Shown in pieces: positions 23,661-37,112 of a stretch of DNA of 64,000 nt. Positions within the stretch are counted from its first letter, which is position 1. The number at the start of each line of letters is the position of its first letter. The stretch is taken from assembly GCA_002269645.1 (NCBI GenBank), contig NIVC01000856.1:186001-250000 (forward strand), in the 5' to 3' direction. A program made the translations under genes and the position numbers. The notes beneath the pieces are model-generated. The model had not been told where the DNA came from, ran no database searches, and was given only the letters and a program-made list of their open reading frames with translations. Origin of the DNA: Macrostomum lignano. Lineage: Eukaryota.

Positions 23661-25375
23661 ATGCTTCAACAATCGTTGTCGCAGCAGCTGCTGTTGCTGA
23701 TCCTGCTGCTTGTCTGCTCCGCCGAGCTGGTCGCCTCGGCCACTGGGGAGTCCACGACTCCCGCCAGCTCCCGAAACAGCACTGGGGGCGGTGCTCACTC
23801 CAACGAGTCCCACCAGTGCATGCTCGGCTCCCTGATCTGTATTCACGACGACTTGAAGCCGTTTCTAGTTACAGCTCTGTGGCTTTTGTTCCTTGTTGTG
23901 CTGCTGCTGGTATTTGAACGGACCGAGCACGCCCAGCATCATGCGCAGCATCCGCATCCGGCTGTCAGCATTGATGACGCGGCTAGCGAGGTGTCCGCCA
24001 CCTTGCGGAGTCGTCTGTATAAGGTTGGTTAGTTGTGCGATCCTTTGTGGCCATTCTCATTGTAGAGTTCGTGTTATTCTATGATATGAGTGCCATTTCC
24101 ATGGTTTGAGTGCTATTTCTATATTGAGTGCCATTTCTATGGCATGAGTGCCATTTCTATGGTATGAGTGCCATTTCTATGGTATGAGTGCCATTTCTAT
24201 GGTGTGAGGGCCATTTCTATGGTATGAGTGCCATTTCTATGGTATGAGTGCCATTTCTATATTGAGTGCTATTTTCATTGGCATTCATTTAGAGACGCAT
24301 ATTCTTGGTACAGGCGCAATTTCCAGTGCATCGGTGCCAGTTCGATAGTTTTTATACAGGTGCATTATACAGTGACGTTCAACTTCTTTATACAGGTGCG
24401 CAGATTCTGCAACAAAGTGCTGCTGCACGGCATCAAGGAATACCTGCCTACCAGCTGTCTGCAGATCCTGCTGGGCTTGGCTTTCGCTGGCGCATTTCAA
24501 CTATCCGGCTACCACATCGACCACCTGGAGAATCTGAACCCCAGCCTGTTCTTTCACTTCCTGCTGCCAATCATCATTATTAATGCCGGCTTTGGCGTTG
24601 AGAAGCGGCATTTTTATTTCAATCTGCCGGCTATTCTATCCTTCGCTGTTATTGGTGAGTCTTTGTGCTGCCTGCTGTCTTTGTTGTCTGTGCTAGATGA
24701 GTCTGTTGTCTGTGCTAGATGAGTATTTGTTGTCTGCGCTAGATGAGTCTTTGTTGTCTGTGCTAGATGAGTCTTTGTTGTCTGCGCTAGATGAGTCTTT
24801 GTTGTCTGTGCTAGATGAGTCTTTGTTGTCTGCGCTAGATGAGTCTTTGTTGTCTGCGCTAGTGAGTCTTTGTTGTCTGTGCTAGATGAGTCTTTGTTGT
24901 CTGTGCTAGATGAGTCTTTGTTGTCTGCGCTAGATGAGTCTTTGTTGTCTGTTCTAGATGTGTATTTGTTGTCTGTGCTAGATGAGTCTTTGTTATCTGT
25001 ACTAGACAAGTCTTTGTTGTCTTGTGCTGTAAGTTGGTGCTGATCAGCTTGACCGCAGATTTCTCATATATTTTTCAGGCACCATCATTGTGGCCCTGGT
25101 GATTGGCTACTGCATCTACGCCATGTCCATCATAGACCCCAGCCCGTTCAGCTTGCTGAAGAATGTCACCAAAATCGAGGCGCTCACCTTCGGCGCCCTG
25201 ATCTCGGCAGTGGACCCGGTTGCCGTGCTGGCCCTGTTTGAGCGAATGCACCTGAATAAGCCTCTGTACATGACACTGTTTGGCGAGTCCGTGCTCAACG
25301 ATGCCGTGTCTGTGGTGAGCTGGCTGGCTGGCTGATTGGCTGGCTGATAGGCAGATGGCAGGCAGGCAGGCAGGC

Positions 25376-25464
<89 letters not shown>

Positions 25465-28400
25465 CACTCTCAGATTCACCCGCACCGAATCGGCCATCTC
25501 CTCGCCACGCAGGTGCTGTACAACATGTTCACCCAGGCCAAAGCAGCCATGGTCAGCCACGGCGTGGAAGAGTGGCACCCGACCTCCATAGAGATAGCCG
25601 GCACCGCTGTGTACAGCATTCACGTTGCCGTCACCGGCTTAATCATTGGCATCGCTTGCGGCGTCCTGGCGTCCGGCCTGATGCGCATCCTGCCCAATGC
25701 CGGCAATCAGAACCTGGCCGTGCTCATTGTGGTCATCGCCGGCTACCTCAGCTTCTACTTAGCTGAGCTCATTGCCGCATCTGGCATTCTATCGTGAGTT
25801 CTAGATCTAGATTAATCAACTCATGATATGCCCCGCTCATATATGCTTTGCCTGAAAAATCAAATTTTCAGCACATTCGTCTGCTCAATTGTGATGTCAA
25901 TCTACCTGGCCAACCTGACTCCAATCTCTCAGAGCTTTCTTCGTCAGAGTACTAAAAGCTACGCTGAAATATCCGAAGGCTTTATTTACCTGGTTATGGG
26001 CGTGTCGGCTCTGCAATTATTCTTTGGCACAAGCACTCCGAGCAATGTTATTGATGTGCCATTCATATTTATCACTCTGTTTCTGTGCATTGTGCTCCGG
26101 TTTGCTTGTGAGTACTTTTTCTTTATTATGTCATGTTTGTAAATTTGTTTCAGTGTGAGTCACCTTTGACTCATGTCACAGCTGAGTGTGAGTCACATTT
26201 GACTCGTGTCACAGCTGAGTGTGAGTCACCTTTGACTTGTGTCACAGCTGAGTGTGAGTCACATTTGACTCGTGTCACAGCTGAGTGTGAGTCACCTTTG
26301 ACTTGTGTCACAGCTGAGTGTGAGTCACATTTGACTCGTGTCACAGCTGAGTGTGAGTCACCTTTGACTCATGTCACAGCTGAGTGTGAGTCACATTTAA
26401 CTCATGTCACAGCTGAGTGTGAGTCACCTTTGACTTGTGTCACAGCTGAGTGTGAGTCACCTTTGACTCGTGTCACAGCTGAGTGTGAGTCACATTTAAC
26501 TCATGTCACAGCTGAGTGTGAGTCACCTTTGACTCGTGTCACAGCTGAGTGTGAGTCACATTTAACTCATGTCACAGCTGAGTGTGAGTCACATTTGACT
26601 CGTGTCACAGCTGAGTGTGAGTCACCTTTGACTCGTGTCACAGCTGAGTGTGAGTCACCTTTGACTCATGTCACAGCTGAGTGTGAGTCACATTTGACTT
26701 GTGTCACAGCTGAGTGTGAGTCACCTTTGACTTGTGTCACAGCTGAGTGTGAGTCACATTTGACTCGTGTCACAGCTGAGTGTGAGTCACCTTTGACTTG
26801 TGTCACAGCTGAGTGTGAGTCACATTTGACTCGTGTCACAGCTGAGTGTGAGTCACCTTTGACTCATGTCACAGCTGAGTGTGAGTCACATTTAACTCAT
26901 GTCACAGCTGAGTGTGAGTCACCTTTGACTTGTGTCACAGCTGAGTGTGAGTCACCTTTGACTCATGTCACAGCTGAGTGTGAGTCACATTTGACTCATG
27001 TCACAGCTGAGTGTGAGTCACATTTGACTCGTGTCACAGCTGAGTGTGAGTCACCTTTGACTTGTGTCACAGCTGAGTGTGAGTCACATTTGACTCATGT
27101 CACAGCTGAGTGTGAGTCACCTTTGACTTGTGTCACAGCTGAGTGTGAGTCACATTTGACTCATGTCACAGCTGAGTGTGAGTCACCTTTGACTTGTGTC
27201 ACAGCTGAGTGTGAGTCACCTTTGACTTGTGTCACAGCTGAGTGTGAGTCACATTTGACTCATGTCACAGCTGAGGGTGGGTCACTGATGACTCACACCA
27301 CAGCTGAGGGTGGGTCACTGATGACTCACACCACAGCTGAGGGTTGGTCACTGATGACTCATACCACAGCTAGTAAATTTGTTAAACGTTGATTCAACAA
27401 GCCTATTACTAAATCATTTGAACTGCAGGTGTCTACGGCATTGGCTACTTGCTCAAGCTCGGCTCTTTAACCGAACTTCGAGCTTCTGATTTCTTTATTC
27501 TTTCCTACGGCGGCCTTCGGGGCGCGATCGCGCTGGCGCTCAGCCTTATGCTGGATCGGGGGCACTATAAATATGCGAATCACTTTTTTGCTTGCACCAT
27601 GATGATGGTGCTGCTGACCTGCTTCATCAATGTGAGAGGACTGCTGGCTGCTGTTTGACCTTGAGCTTGATCACCTTAAGACTCCAGTGTAGGATGGACC
27701 AGACTCCAGTATAGGATGGAACAAAGACTCCAGTATAGGGTGGAACAAAGACTTCAGTACAGGATGAAAGAAAGACTCCATTCTAAGATGGAACAAAGAC
27801 TCCAGTGTAGGATGAAACAAAGACTCCAGTGTAGGATGAAACAAAGACTCCAGTGTAGGATGAAACAAAGACTCCAATGTAGGATGAAACAAAGACTCCA
27901 GTGTAGGATGAAACAAAGACTCCAATGTAGGATGAAACAAAGACTCCAGTGTAGGATGAAACAAAGACTACATTGTAAGATGGAATAAAGACTCCAGTGT
28001 AGGATGGAACAAAGACTCCATTGTAAGATAGAATAAAGACTAGTATAAAATTGAACAAAGACTGCAGTGTAGGATTGAACAAAGACTCGCGTCCAGATTT
28101 GCTTCTTTGTCTTTATTCTAGGATAAATGAAATCGTTCATTTTCGTCACTGATTTTTAGGGCATATCGCTGAAGCCGCTCATCATGCTGGCCAAAATTGA
28201 AATCGACGAAAGCGTGGAGGACAGCCTCTGGGATCAGATTATGAATAGGGTGAGTGTATTGTATTTGTGGCCTATTTTGCATTTCATTTACTCTCATCGC
28301 TTCTTTCTCTGCTATTAAATTTATTCATTTGATTTAACTCAGACATGCGACTACGTGGGCTTCTTCATGGGCTCGCTAACAGGCTATCAGCCTCTGATGA

Positions 28401-31400
28401 AGCGCATCTACCTAGGGTGAGTTGCTTTTGTGATCCGTCTGCTTCTTATGGATAATGTAGCTATCCGACTACCCTCCCAGATCCTCAGTTGCTAGGCCAG
28501 CCTCCAAGATCCTCAGCTGCTGTGCCAGCCTCCCAGATCCCCAGTTGCTGGGCCAGCCTCCCAGATGCTCTGTTGCTGGGCCAGCCTCCCAGATCCCCAG
28601 TTGCTGAGCCAGCCTCCTAGATCCCCAGTTGCTGGGCCAGCCTCCCAAATCCTCAGTTGCTGGGCCAGCCTCCCAGATCCCCAGTTGCTTTGCCAGCCTC
28701 CCAGATCCTCAGTTGCTGGGCCAGCCTCCCAGATCCTCAGTTGCTGAGCCAGCTTCCCAGATCCCCAGTTGCTGGGCCAGCCTCCCAAATCCTCAGTTGC
28801 TGGGCCAGCCTCCCAGATCCCCAGTTGCTGGGCCAGCCTCCCAGATCCCCAGTTGCTTTGCCAGCCTCCCAGATCCTCAGTTGCTGGGCCAGCCTCCCAG
28901 ATCCTCAGTTGCTGAGCCAGCTTCCCAGATCCCCAGTTGCTGGGCCAGCCTCCCAGATCCCCAGTTGCTGGGCCAGCCTCCCAGATGCTCTGTTGCTGGG
29001 CCAGCCTCCCAGATCCCCAGTTGCTGAGCCAGCTTCCCAGATCCCCAGTTGCTGGGCCAGCCTCCCAGATCCTCAGTTGCTGGGCCAGCCTCCCAGATCC
29101 CCAGTTGCTTTGCCAGCCTCCCAGATCCTCAGTTGCTGGGCCAGCCTCCCAGATCCTCAGTTGCTGAGCCAGCCTCCCAGATCCTCAGTTGCTGAGCCAG
29201 CCTCCCAGTTCCTCAGTTGCTGAGCCAGCCTCCCAGATCCTCAGTTGCTGGGCCAGCCTCCCAGATCCTCAGTTGCTGAGCCAGCCTCCCAGTTGCTCAG
29301 TTGCTGAGCCAGCCTCCCAGATGCTCAGTTGCTGGGCCAGCCTCCCAGATCCCCAGTTGCTTTTCCTGCCTCCCAAATCCTCAGTTGCTGGGCCAGCCTC
29401 CCAAATCCTCAGTTGCTAGGCCAGCCTCCCAGATCATCAGCTGCTGTGCCAGCCTCCCAAATCTTTGCTGGGCCAGCCTCCCAGATCATCAGCTGCTGGG
29501 CCAGCCTCCCAGATCCTCAGCTGCTGGGTTTAAAAAGTAAAACTTGCATTAACGGCAAGCTACCAGTGCATACATACATTTGCTCACTCTCTCACTCACG
29601 CCTCATTCAGTTGGAACCGGTTCAACGACAAGTATCTTCGGCGCGCCCTGCTGAAATCGAAGGTGTACAACGAAGCTCAAGACGAGGGCATCTACGAGCT
29701 GCACCGCAAAATTGTAGCCGACGAATTTCTAAAATTTGCTACTCAAAGCAAGTCGCTCATCGATTTGAATGCCCTGCGCTCAGACTCCATGGTGTACGCC
29801 ATTCGCAGAGTCAGCTCTATGGGGTGAGTGAGGCGCGGTTTCCGGAGCGCCTGGGTGCACACTAATGGGTCACAGTAGGTCACATATTGAGCCACAAAGC
29901 GGGGTTGCATGAGAGTTTCATAAGTGCATCGGATGTGGGGCAGGTGCAAAGTGGTTCACAGTGGTTCACATGTAGGGTACAAGTACATAGAGCGTAATAG
30001 TGGATCACATGTCGGGCGCATAGTGGGTCGCATGTGGGTCGCATAGTGGCTCACTTGGGTGTCGCATATTGCGTCAAAGTGGGTCACATATAAGTCGCAT
30101 AGTGGGTCACAGTGTTTCACATGTAGGACACAAATGCGTCATGGTGGGTCAAATGTAGGTCGCATAGTGGTTCACATGTGGGTCACATGTAGGGCATATA
30201 GTGTGTCACATGTGGGGCACATATTAGGTCACACGGGGGTCGCACATTGCGTCAAAGTAGGTCACATGTGGAGCGCAGCGTGGGTCAGTTGGTCACACAG
30301 TGCTTCACAGGACGACTAGCTATATAGGGCGAATAGTGCTTCACAGTGGGTCACAATGGGTCACATGTGGAGTGCATAGTGGGTCACAGGAACCATTCTG
30401 TCAGTAAACCTATCGCTAACGAGCCCGCAACGCGCACCCCTCCCCCCCCCAGCAACACCGGCATGGTGCACTCCGCCTCATCGCATCGCAGTCTCAACCT
30501 GCCGCCAATAGTCCGCCAGGCGTTGTCAGTCGGCGAAACCCTTGACCAGCTGGACACCGACACCACCCAGCAGGAGCACAACAATCCCGTGCTGGATATG
30601 GAGGCCCTTAGCAACAACCTGGCTAAATCCGAGCGCGACCAGGACGACCAGCAGAATCACCACCGGCATTTCATGCGCGACAATCGCATCATCAATCCGC
30701 GCTCATGGCAGGACAAAAACCACAAGCCGACCGGGTCCTCCTCTGCCAACAATCTGGAGGCTCTGGCCAAGCAGCAGCAGCAGTCTGGGGATCAGCTGCA
30801 CCCGCCTCACCTGTCCGCCAATCCCCGGGTCAAATTCTCCATCAACGCCGATCTGGACGATGACGACGCCGACGACGACAATGCCGACGCTAAGAGCGCC
30901 AGCTCCGGCACGATTCAATTCCTCACTACTGGCGATGAGAAGCCGGAGAAGTCGGAGCAGCAGCAGCAGGATGAGGCACAGCCAGCTGCCGCAGAAGACT
31001 CCGAAAGCACCCTGCCCTATGCGTCTCGCTACTATGCGCATCATCCGCACATTATCCAGCTGCCGAGGCACAGTCGCAATAATCTAGAGATGTCAACCAT
31101 TGTTCGCAAAGGCAGCGACGCGGCCTTGTTGGATCCGGCTGCTGCCGCCGCCGTAGCTTCAGCGGCCTCGGCTACTGGCAGCGGAAACGGCCGGCTGGGC
31201 AAGAAAAAGTCGGTCAGCTTTGCAATGCTGTCCCCGGATCAGGGTGAGTTCATTCTGTATTCTGAGAATTTCTGTGGCATTTGGTTTCTGCTATTTTGTG
31301 TAGTATGAGTAATTAGACTTCGTAATAGGCTCTAAAGCGCTTCGATGTACACCTTGTCTATCCGTCAATGTGCAGTGGATGGCCTCTATCTTCATTCTAG

Positions 31401-34400
31401 CCTGTCTATGGCCTCTATCTCCATTCTAGCCTGTCTATGGCTTCTATCTTCAGTGTAGCCTGTCTATGGCCTCTATGTCCACCCTAGCCTGTCTATGGCC
31501 TCTATCTCCATTCTAGCCTGTCTATGGCTTCTATCTTCAGTGTAGCCTGTCTATGGCCTCTATGTCCACCCTAGCCTGTCTATGGCCTCTATGTCCACCC
31601 TAGCCTGTCTATGGCCTCTATGTCCACCCTAGCCTGTCTATGGCCTCTATCTCCATTCTAACCTGTCTATGGCCTCTATCTCCATTCTAGCCTGTCTATG
31701 GCTTCTATCTTCAGTGTAGCCTGTCTATGGCTTCTATTTTCAGTGTACAGTACGCAGTCTATGGCCTCTATCCCCAATTTCCCCACTGTCTATTACGTCT
31801 TACCCCAATGTACACACTGTCTATGGCCTCTATCCCCCAGTGTGCACACAGTCTGTGTAAAAAGCACATTGTCTTGGGCGTGGTTTCAGGTTAGAAATTT
31901 TCTCTTAAACTCTTTTAGCCTTCTATCGTTCAGGAAAATTTTTATCTCCATATCACATGCCTATTTACTATTATATTTATGAGCTGAGTCTCCAGTTAGT
32001 ATGAGCCGTTTTGCTTGAACGTTATGTTTGTTATTGTACTCTTATATATTCAAGCCAATGCTATGGAGACCTCCGCTCTGTTTTGTTTACTGACTGTATA
32101 TTCACTGTTTGCCTGCCCGCCAGATCTGTCAGATAGCTGTCAAATCTACTCATTGATTGTCTTTATATTTACTAATATAACAAAAGTATAGGACCTTCTA
32201 AGCGTTATAAATCTCTCGTGTTTGCTAGTCTCATTAGTCCTCACAAACCTCAAAAAATGTAAAAGTTACATTTTACACCCAGCTCATGTCCGCAATGAAC
32301 TTAAAACACCCCAGCCCATATATCCTCAATGCACATAAAACACCCCAGCCCATATATCCTCAATGCACATAAAACACCCCAGCCCATATATCCTCAATGC
32401 ACATAAAACACCCCAGACCATATGTCCCCAATGCACATGAAACACCAAATGTACCCAGCAACCTCATGTCCATGGAAGAAGGAAGCAGTACGCGAAGAAA
32501 AGAATATTCTTTAACTTATACTTAGCAGTAATTACAGTTTCTCCAAGGCTTTGCAAGCTGAAAATTATCATCTCTGAGCTGTAGCCACCTTTAGTGCTCA
32601 TACGCAGTTCCTTTTCATCTTTTCACCTTGAGGAAAGTTCCTCAGGAACTGAATGTACTTTTGTTGCTCACCCTGGCTGTCCATCCAAATATGATGGCGC
32701 GTTGCAGGTTACGAAATGGAGCGAAGTTCCTCCCTGTCGCATTTCGGTATCTGTATAATATAATATTGTTTAATTAATAGTAGTTTATTAGAATCTTCGA
32801 TATATATGTACATTTAGTTGAAATGCAATCTCTTTCCTGAGAATGCCACACAAAGCTACTTTCTTTCTTTGATAAGTATTAGCTAGAACATTTTTGCATC
32901 TCAATTTATGCTTGAGTTTTTTCTACGAGAATCTTTACCTTATGCGTTTTTTGGGAATGTGCAGAATGGTTTTGCTTTTCCTGTGCATGCGCTTCAGCTA
33001 CGTTTTTAAATCGAATTCAATCTAATTCCTTAATTCTTATTGGAATTGTCAATCCCGCAGCAACGCTAGATCCGCGGACGCAGCAGATGAAATCCCTGCC
33101 GGAGTCAGCCAGTGACGCCGGTGCCGCCTCCTCCTGTAGCGATTGCCACATGCACGGTCGGTTCCAGGTGCGCGTCTGTCACGAGGATCTGCACCATTCG
33201 GAGCATTTCCTGCCGGCTTCGGTGCCCTACATTCGCGTGGATGGTAAGGCGATTTGAAGTTGATTGGTTAGAGTGGTTGATTCTAACCTGATTGATTAGT
33301 TTTTGAGGTGGGTGGTTTGCTGGCCTGCGATTGGTTAGGGTTTTGGAGGCGGAATGGGTTGCTGGCCTGTGATTGGTTAGAGTTTTGGAGATAGGGTGGG
33401 TTGCTGGCCTGTGATTGGTTAGAGTTTTGGAGGTAGGGTGGGTTGCTGGCCTGTGATTGGTTAGAGTTTTGGAAGGTGGGTGGGTCGCTGGCCTGTGTTT
33501 GGTTAGAGTTTTGGAGGTGGGGTGGGTTGCTGGCCTGCGATTGGTTAGAGTTTTTTTAGGTGGGGTCGGTTGCTGGCCTGTGATTGGTTAGAGTTTTGGA
33601 GGCGGAATGGGTTGCTGGCCTGTGATTGGTTAGGGTTTTGAATGTAGGGTGGGTTGCTGGCCTGTGATTGGTTAGAGTTTTGGAGGCGGAATGGGTTGCT
33701 GGCCTATGATTGGTTAGGGTTTTGAAGGCCAAATGGGTTGCTGGCCTGTGATTGGTTAGGGTTTTGAAGGCCAAATGGGTTGCTGGCCTGTGATTGGTTA
33801 GGGTTTTGAAGGCCAAATGGGTTTCTGGCCTGTGATTGGTTAGGGTTTTAAAGGCCAAATGGGTTGCTGGCCTGTGATTGGTTAGGGTTTTGAAGGCCAA
33901 ATGGGTTGCTGGCCTGTGATTGGTTAGGGTTTTGAAGGCCAAATGGGTTGCTGGCCTGTGATTGGTTAGGGTTTTAAAGGCCAAATGGGTTGCTGGCCTG
34001 TGATTGGTTAGGGTTTTGAAGGCCAAATGGGTTGCTGGCCTGTGATTGGTTAGGGTTTTGAAGGCCAAATGGGTTGCTGGCCTGTGATTGGTTAGGGTTT
34101 TGAAGGCCAAATGGGTTGCTGGCCTGTGATTGGTTAGGGTTTTAAAGGCCAAATGGGTTGCTGGCCTGTGATTTTTTTGGGTTTTGAAGGCGGAATGGGT
34201 TGCTGGCCTGTGATTGGTTAGGGTTTTGAAGGCGGAATGGGTTGCTGGCCTGTGATTGGTTAGGGTTTTGAAGGCGGAATGGGTTGCTCGCCTGTGATTG
34301 GTTAGGCTGTTAAAGTTTAAAGGTGGGGATGTGTCGTCCAAGTGATTGCATAATTACCATAGCTATTTCTGCTCCCGATTCGCGCGCAGACAACGAAACG

Positions 34401-35185
34401 GCCGAGCCATCTGAAGAGTTCAAATTCGAGGTGAACATCTTGGACTCGCTGCCGTGGAATCGGGACAACGATTCCGATCGGAATAATGGTAAGTGCTGTT
34501 TTTTGCAAAAAAAGTTACGTTCAAGTACAAGTACTACATGTGTCTGGCACAATCGCTTTTAGAATCGCCCCGTGAATCGCCTTTAGATTTCCCCCATGAA
34601 TCGCCCTGTGAATCGCCTTTAGAATTGCCCCATCAATCGCCCTGTGAATCGCCTTAATCGCCCGTGAATTGCCTTTAGAATCGCCCCGTGAATCGCCTCG
34701 TGAATCGCCTTTAGAATCACCCCGTGAATCGCCCTAAAAAATCGCCTCGTGAATCGCCCCGTGAATCGCCCTAAAAAATCGCCCCGTGAATCGCTTTTAG
34801 AATCACCCCGTGAATCGCCCTAAAAAATCGCCTTTAGAATCGCCCCGTGAATCGCCCTAAAAATCGCCCCGTGAATCGCCTTTAGAATCACCCCGTGAAT
34901 CGCCCTAAAAAATCGCCCCGTGAATCGCCCTAAAAATCGCCCCGTGAATCGCCTTTAGAATCACCCCGTGAATCGCCCTAAAAAATCGCCCCGTGAATCG
35001 ACTTTAGAATCACCCCGTGAATCGCCCTAAAAATCGCCCCGTGAATCGCTGTTTTAATCGCTTCACCCGCACGCACCTCGCGGCCCGCAGAAGACGCATT
35101 CGATCGCTATCGTCGCGGCGCCGATCCCCAAGGCGGAGCCTCCAATCAAGGGTTCAAAAACGACGCTGGCGAGTCCATAGCCTGA
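23661..35185 (+). CDS. Sodium/hydrogen exchanger (SLC9A/NHE, CPA1 family); 13 exons, ~1070 aa
   Basis: Exons 23661-24023, 24396-24654, 25079-25314, 25513-25793, 25872-26107, 27429-27631, 28160-28249, 28343-28416, 29611-29823, 30390-31243, 33061-33243, 34363-34488, 35091-35185 (3213 nt, phases consistent). Motifs [53 protein letters not shown]. Signal peptide and long disordered C-tail. Confidence 0.93.
24085..24270. repeat. 20-bp minisatellite
   Basis: Unit GAGTGCCATTTCTATGGTAT. Confidence 0.9.
24655..25022. repeat. 24-bp minisatellite
   Basis: Unit GATGAGTCTTTGTTGTCTGTGCTA. Confidence 0.94.
25352..25463. repeat. (CAGA)n/(CAGG)n microsatellite
   Basis: Direct reading. Confidence 0.95.
26153..27372. 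repeat. 33-bp minisatellite, ~36 copies
   Basis: Unit GTCACAGCTGAGTGTGAGTCACCTTTGACTCGT. Confidence 0.97.
27680..28088. repeat. 24-bp minisatellite
   Basis: Unit GGATGAAACAAAGACTCCAGTGTA. Confidence 0.93.
28480..29527. repeat. 28-bp minisatellite
   Basis: Unit GCTGGGCCAGCCTCCCAGATCCCCAGTT. Confidence 0.95.
29860..30389. repeat. Degenerate ~20-bp tandem repeat
   Basis: Recurring GGGTCACATGT / GCATAGT modules. Confidence 0.7.
31396..31780. repeat. 29-bp minisatellite
   Basis: Unit TAGCCTGTCTATGGCCTCTATCTCCATTC. Confidence 0.92.
32305..32445. repeat. 34-bp tandem repeat, ~4 copies
   Basis: Unit CACCCCAGCCCATATATCCTCAATGCACATAAAA. Confidence 0.88.
33270..34310. repeat. 42-bp minisatellite
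   Basis: Unit GGGTTGCTGGCCTGTGATTGGTTAGGGTTTTGAAGGCCAAAT. Confidence 0.95.
34552..35062. repeat. ~12-bp modular tandem repeat
   Basis: GAATCGCCCCGT / GAATCGCCTTTA modules. Confidence 0.92.
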
Positions 35186-35394
35186 CTGATTGATTGATTT
35201 GATAGGACGGGTTTGGACTTGTCGATTGCGCGTTGACGTTGGTTGAGACTGGCGCTGTACTTAACAGTTTTTATTATTGTGCTTTTCTTATAATTCGAGA
35301 GTATCATTAATAATTACATTTGGTCTACATTTGGTCTACTTATTTTTATGACTTTTAACAAAAGCTTTGTCACCATGGTCACCTTGGATTGGGT

Positions 35395-36125
35395 CATAGC
35401 CATCGTAGCCGTTGGTAGGCTGCTAGGGCCATAGACATTGTAGCCGTTGGTAGGCTGTTAGGGCCATAGATATTGTAGCCATTGGTAGGCTGTTAGGGCC
35501 ATAGACATTGTAGCCGTTGTTGGGTTGTTGAGGCCATAGACATTATAGCCGTTGGTGAGTTGTTGGGGCCATAGACATTGTAGCCGTTGGTGAGTTGTTG
35601 GGGCCATAGACATTATAGCCGTTGGTGAGTTGTTGGGGCCATAGACATTGTAGCCGTTGTTGAGTTGTTGGGGCCATAGACATTGTAGCCGTTGTTGAGT
35701 TGTTGGGGCCATAGACATTGTAGCTGTTGGTAGGCTGTTAGGGCCATAGACATTGTAGCCGTTGTTGAGTTGGGGCCATAGACATTGTAGCCGTTGTTGA
35801 GTTGTTGGGGCCATAGACATTATAGCCGTTGGTGAGTTGTTGGGGCCATAGACATTGTAGCCGTTGGTGAGTTGTTGGGGCCATAGACATTGTAGCCGTT
35901 GGTGAGTTGTTGGGGCCATAGACATTGTAGCCGTTGGTGAGTTGTTGGGGCCATAGACATTGTAGTTGTTGATAGGCTGTTAGGGCCGTAGACATTGTAG
36001 CCGTTGGTAGACTGTTAGGGCCATAGACATTGTAGCCATTGGTAGCCTGTTAGGGCCATAGACATTATAGCCGTTGGTAGGCTGTTAGGACCATAGACAT
36101 TGTAGCCGTTGGTAGCTTATTAGGG
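35395..36125. repeat. 35-bp minisatellite
   Basis: Unit GGGGCCATAGACATTGTAGCCGTTGGTGAGTTGTT. Confidence 0.94.
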
Positions 36126-37112
36126 TCATAAACATCGTTATCGGTTTAGCGCGGTTAAGATTAAGCGATAATTGGCATAGCAACCCCAGACAATATAATT
36201 TTTTGTTATTACCGGCTAAACAGTTTCCATTATAGACCCTTGTTTTGTACAGGGCGTTGGATTTGTAATTGATTTTCAAAAATATTAATTAACAATTTTG
36301 CTCAACCTGCTCAATCGCTGGCGACAAAGATTTGCTGATAAAATCAATACAAAGAGAGAAATTTGACTCGTGTTTGCATTGCGCGCATTTCATTCAGAAT
36401 TTGAATGCCTCTCTTTCTGCCCGTCTACTCTTGTGTCTCTCTCTGTCTCACTACGCTTCCTCCGAGAATCTCAAGCCGCAACCGAACTGTGCATCCAAGA
36501 GTATGCATGACGTTTTCGTAAAGTCACACGTCAGTACACGTGCCAACCGCCATAATTATGTTTTATGACTGCAAGAATTTTATAAATTATAGCTATTGAA
36601 TATTTTTTCTTATAAAATGTCTATCAAGCTACTACTTATACTATAATCAGTAGTGTAATGTGTGTGAATCGACTATTTTCATAATATTACTTAACGAAGT
36701 TCAGACGCTAAAAGGCACCTGTAGATTGATTAGTTTAAGATAAGTTCAATGCTCATTATAAATTATGGCCTGTTGTGTGGTCAGAAGCTCTTTCCTCTTG
36801 TTCCTGTTGGTTTGGGCTGTGGTTTCAATTCTAGACTTTTATAGCCGCTTCGGTAGAAATATCTTTACTACCCCATTGTGCTTGTGAGGGTGCATTTTGC
36901 TTTTATTGTGAATCTTTTAATCTTCCTCCACCGAAACCAGCTGTTATTTTGTAAGCTTTGGAATTGCTGCTTTTGTATGTGGCTTCAATATTAAATACAC
37001 TACTCAAAGTACAGTGGGTACTTCTGCCGACTGCCAACCTCAGTCTGTTTTGATTAAAAACATGTTAGTTCATTTTTTGTGTTCTTTTTTATAATAATAA
37101 GGCGAAATTTTT

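Noticed and set aside
33270-34310. TTAGGG telomere-like hexamers
   Set aside because: One per 42-bp unit, not tandem; not an interstitial telomere.
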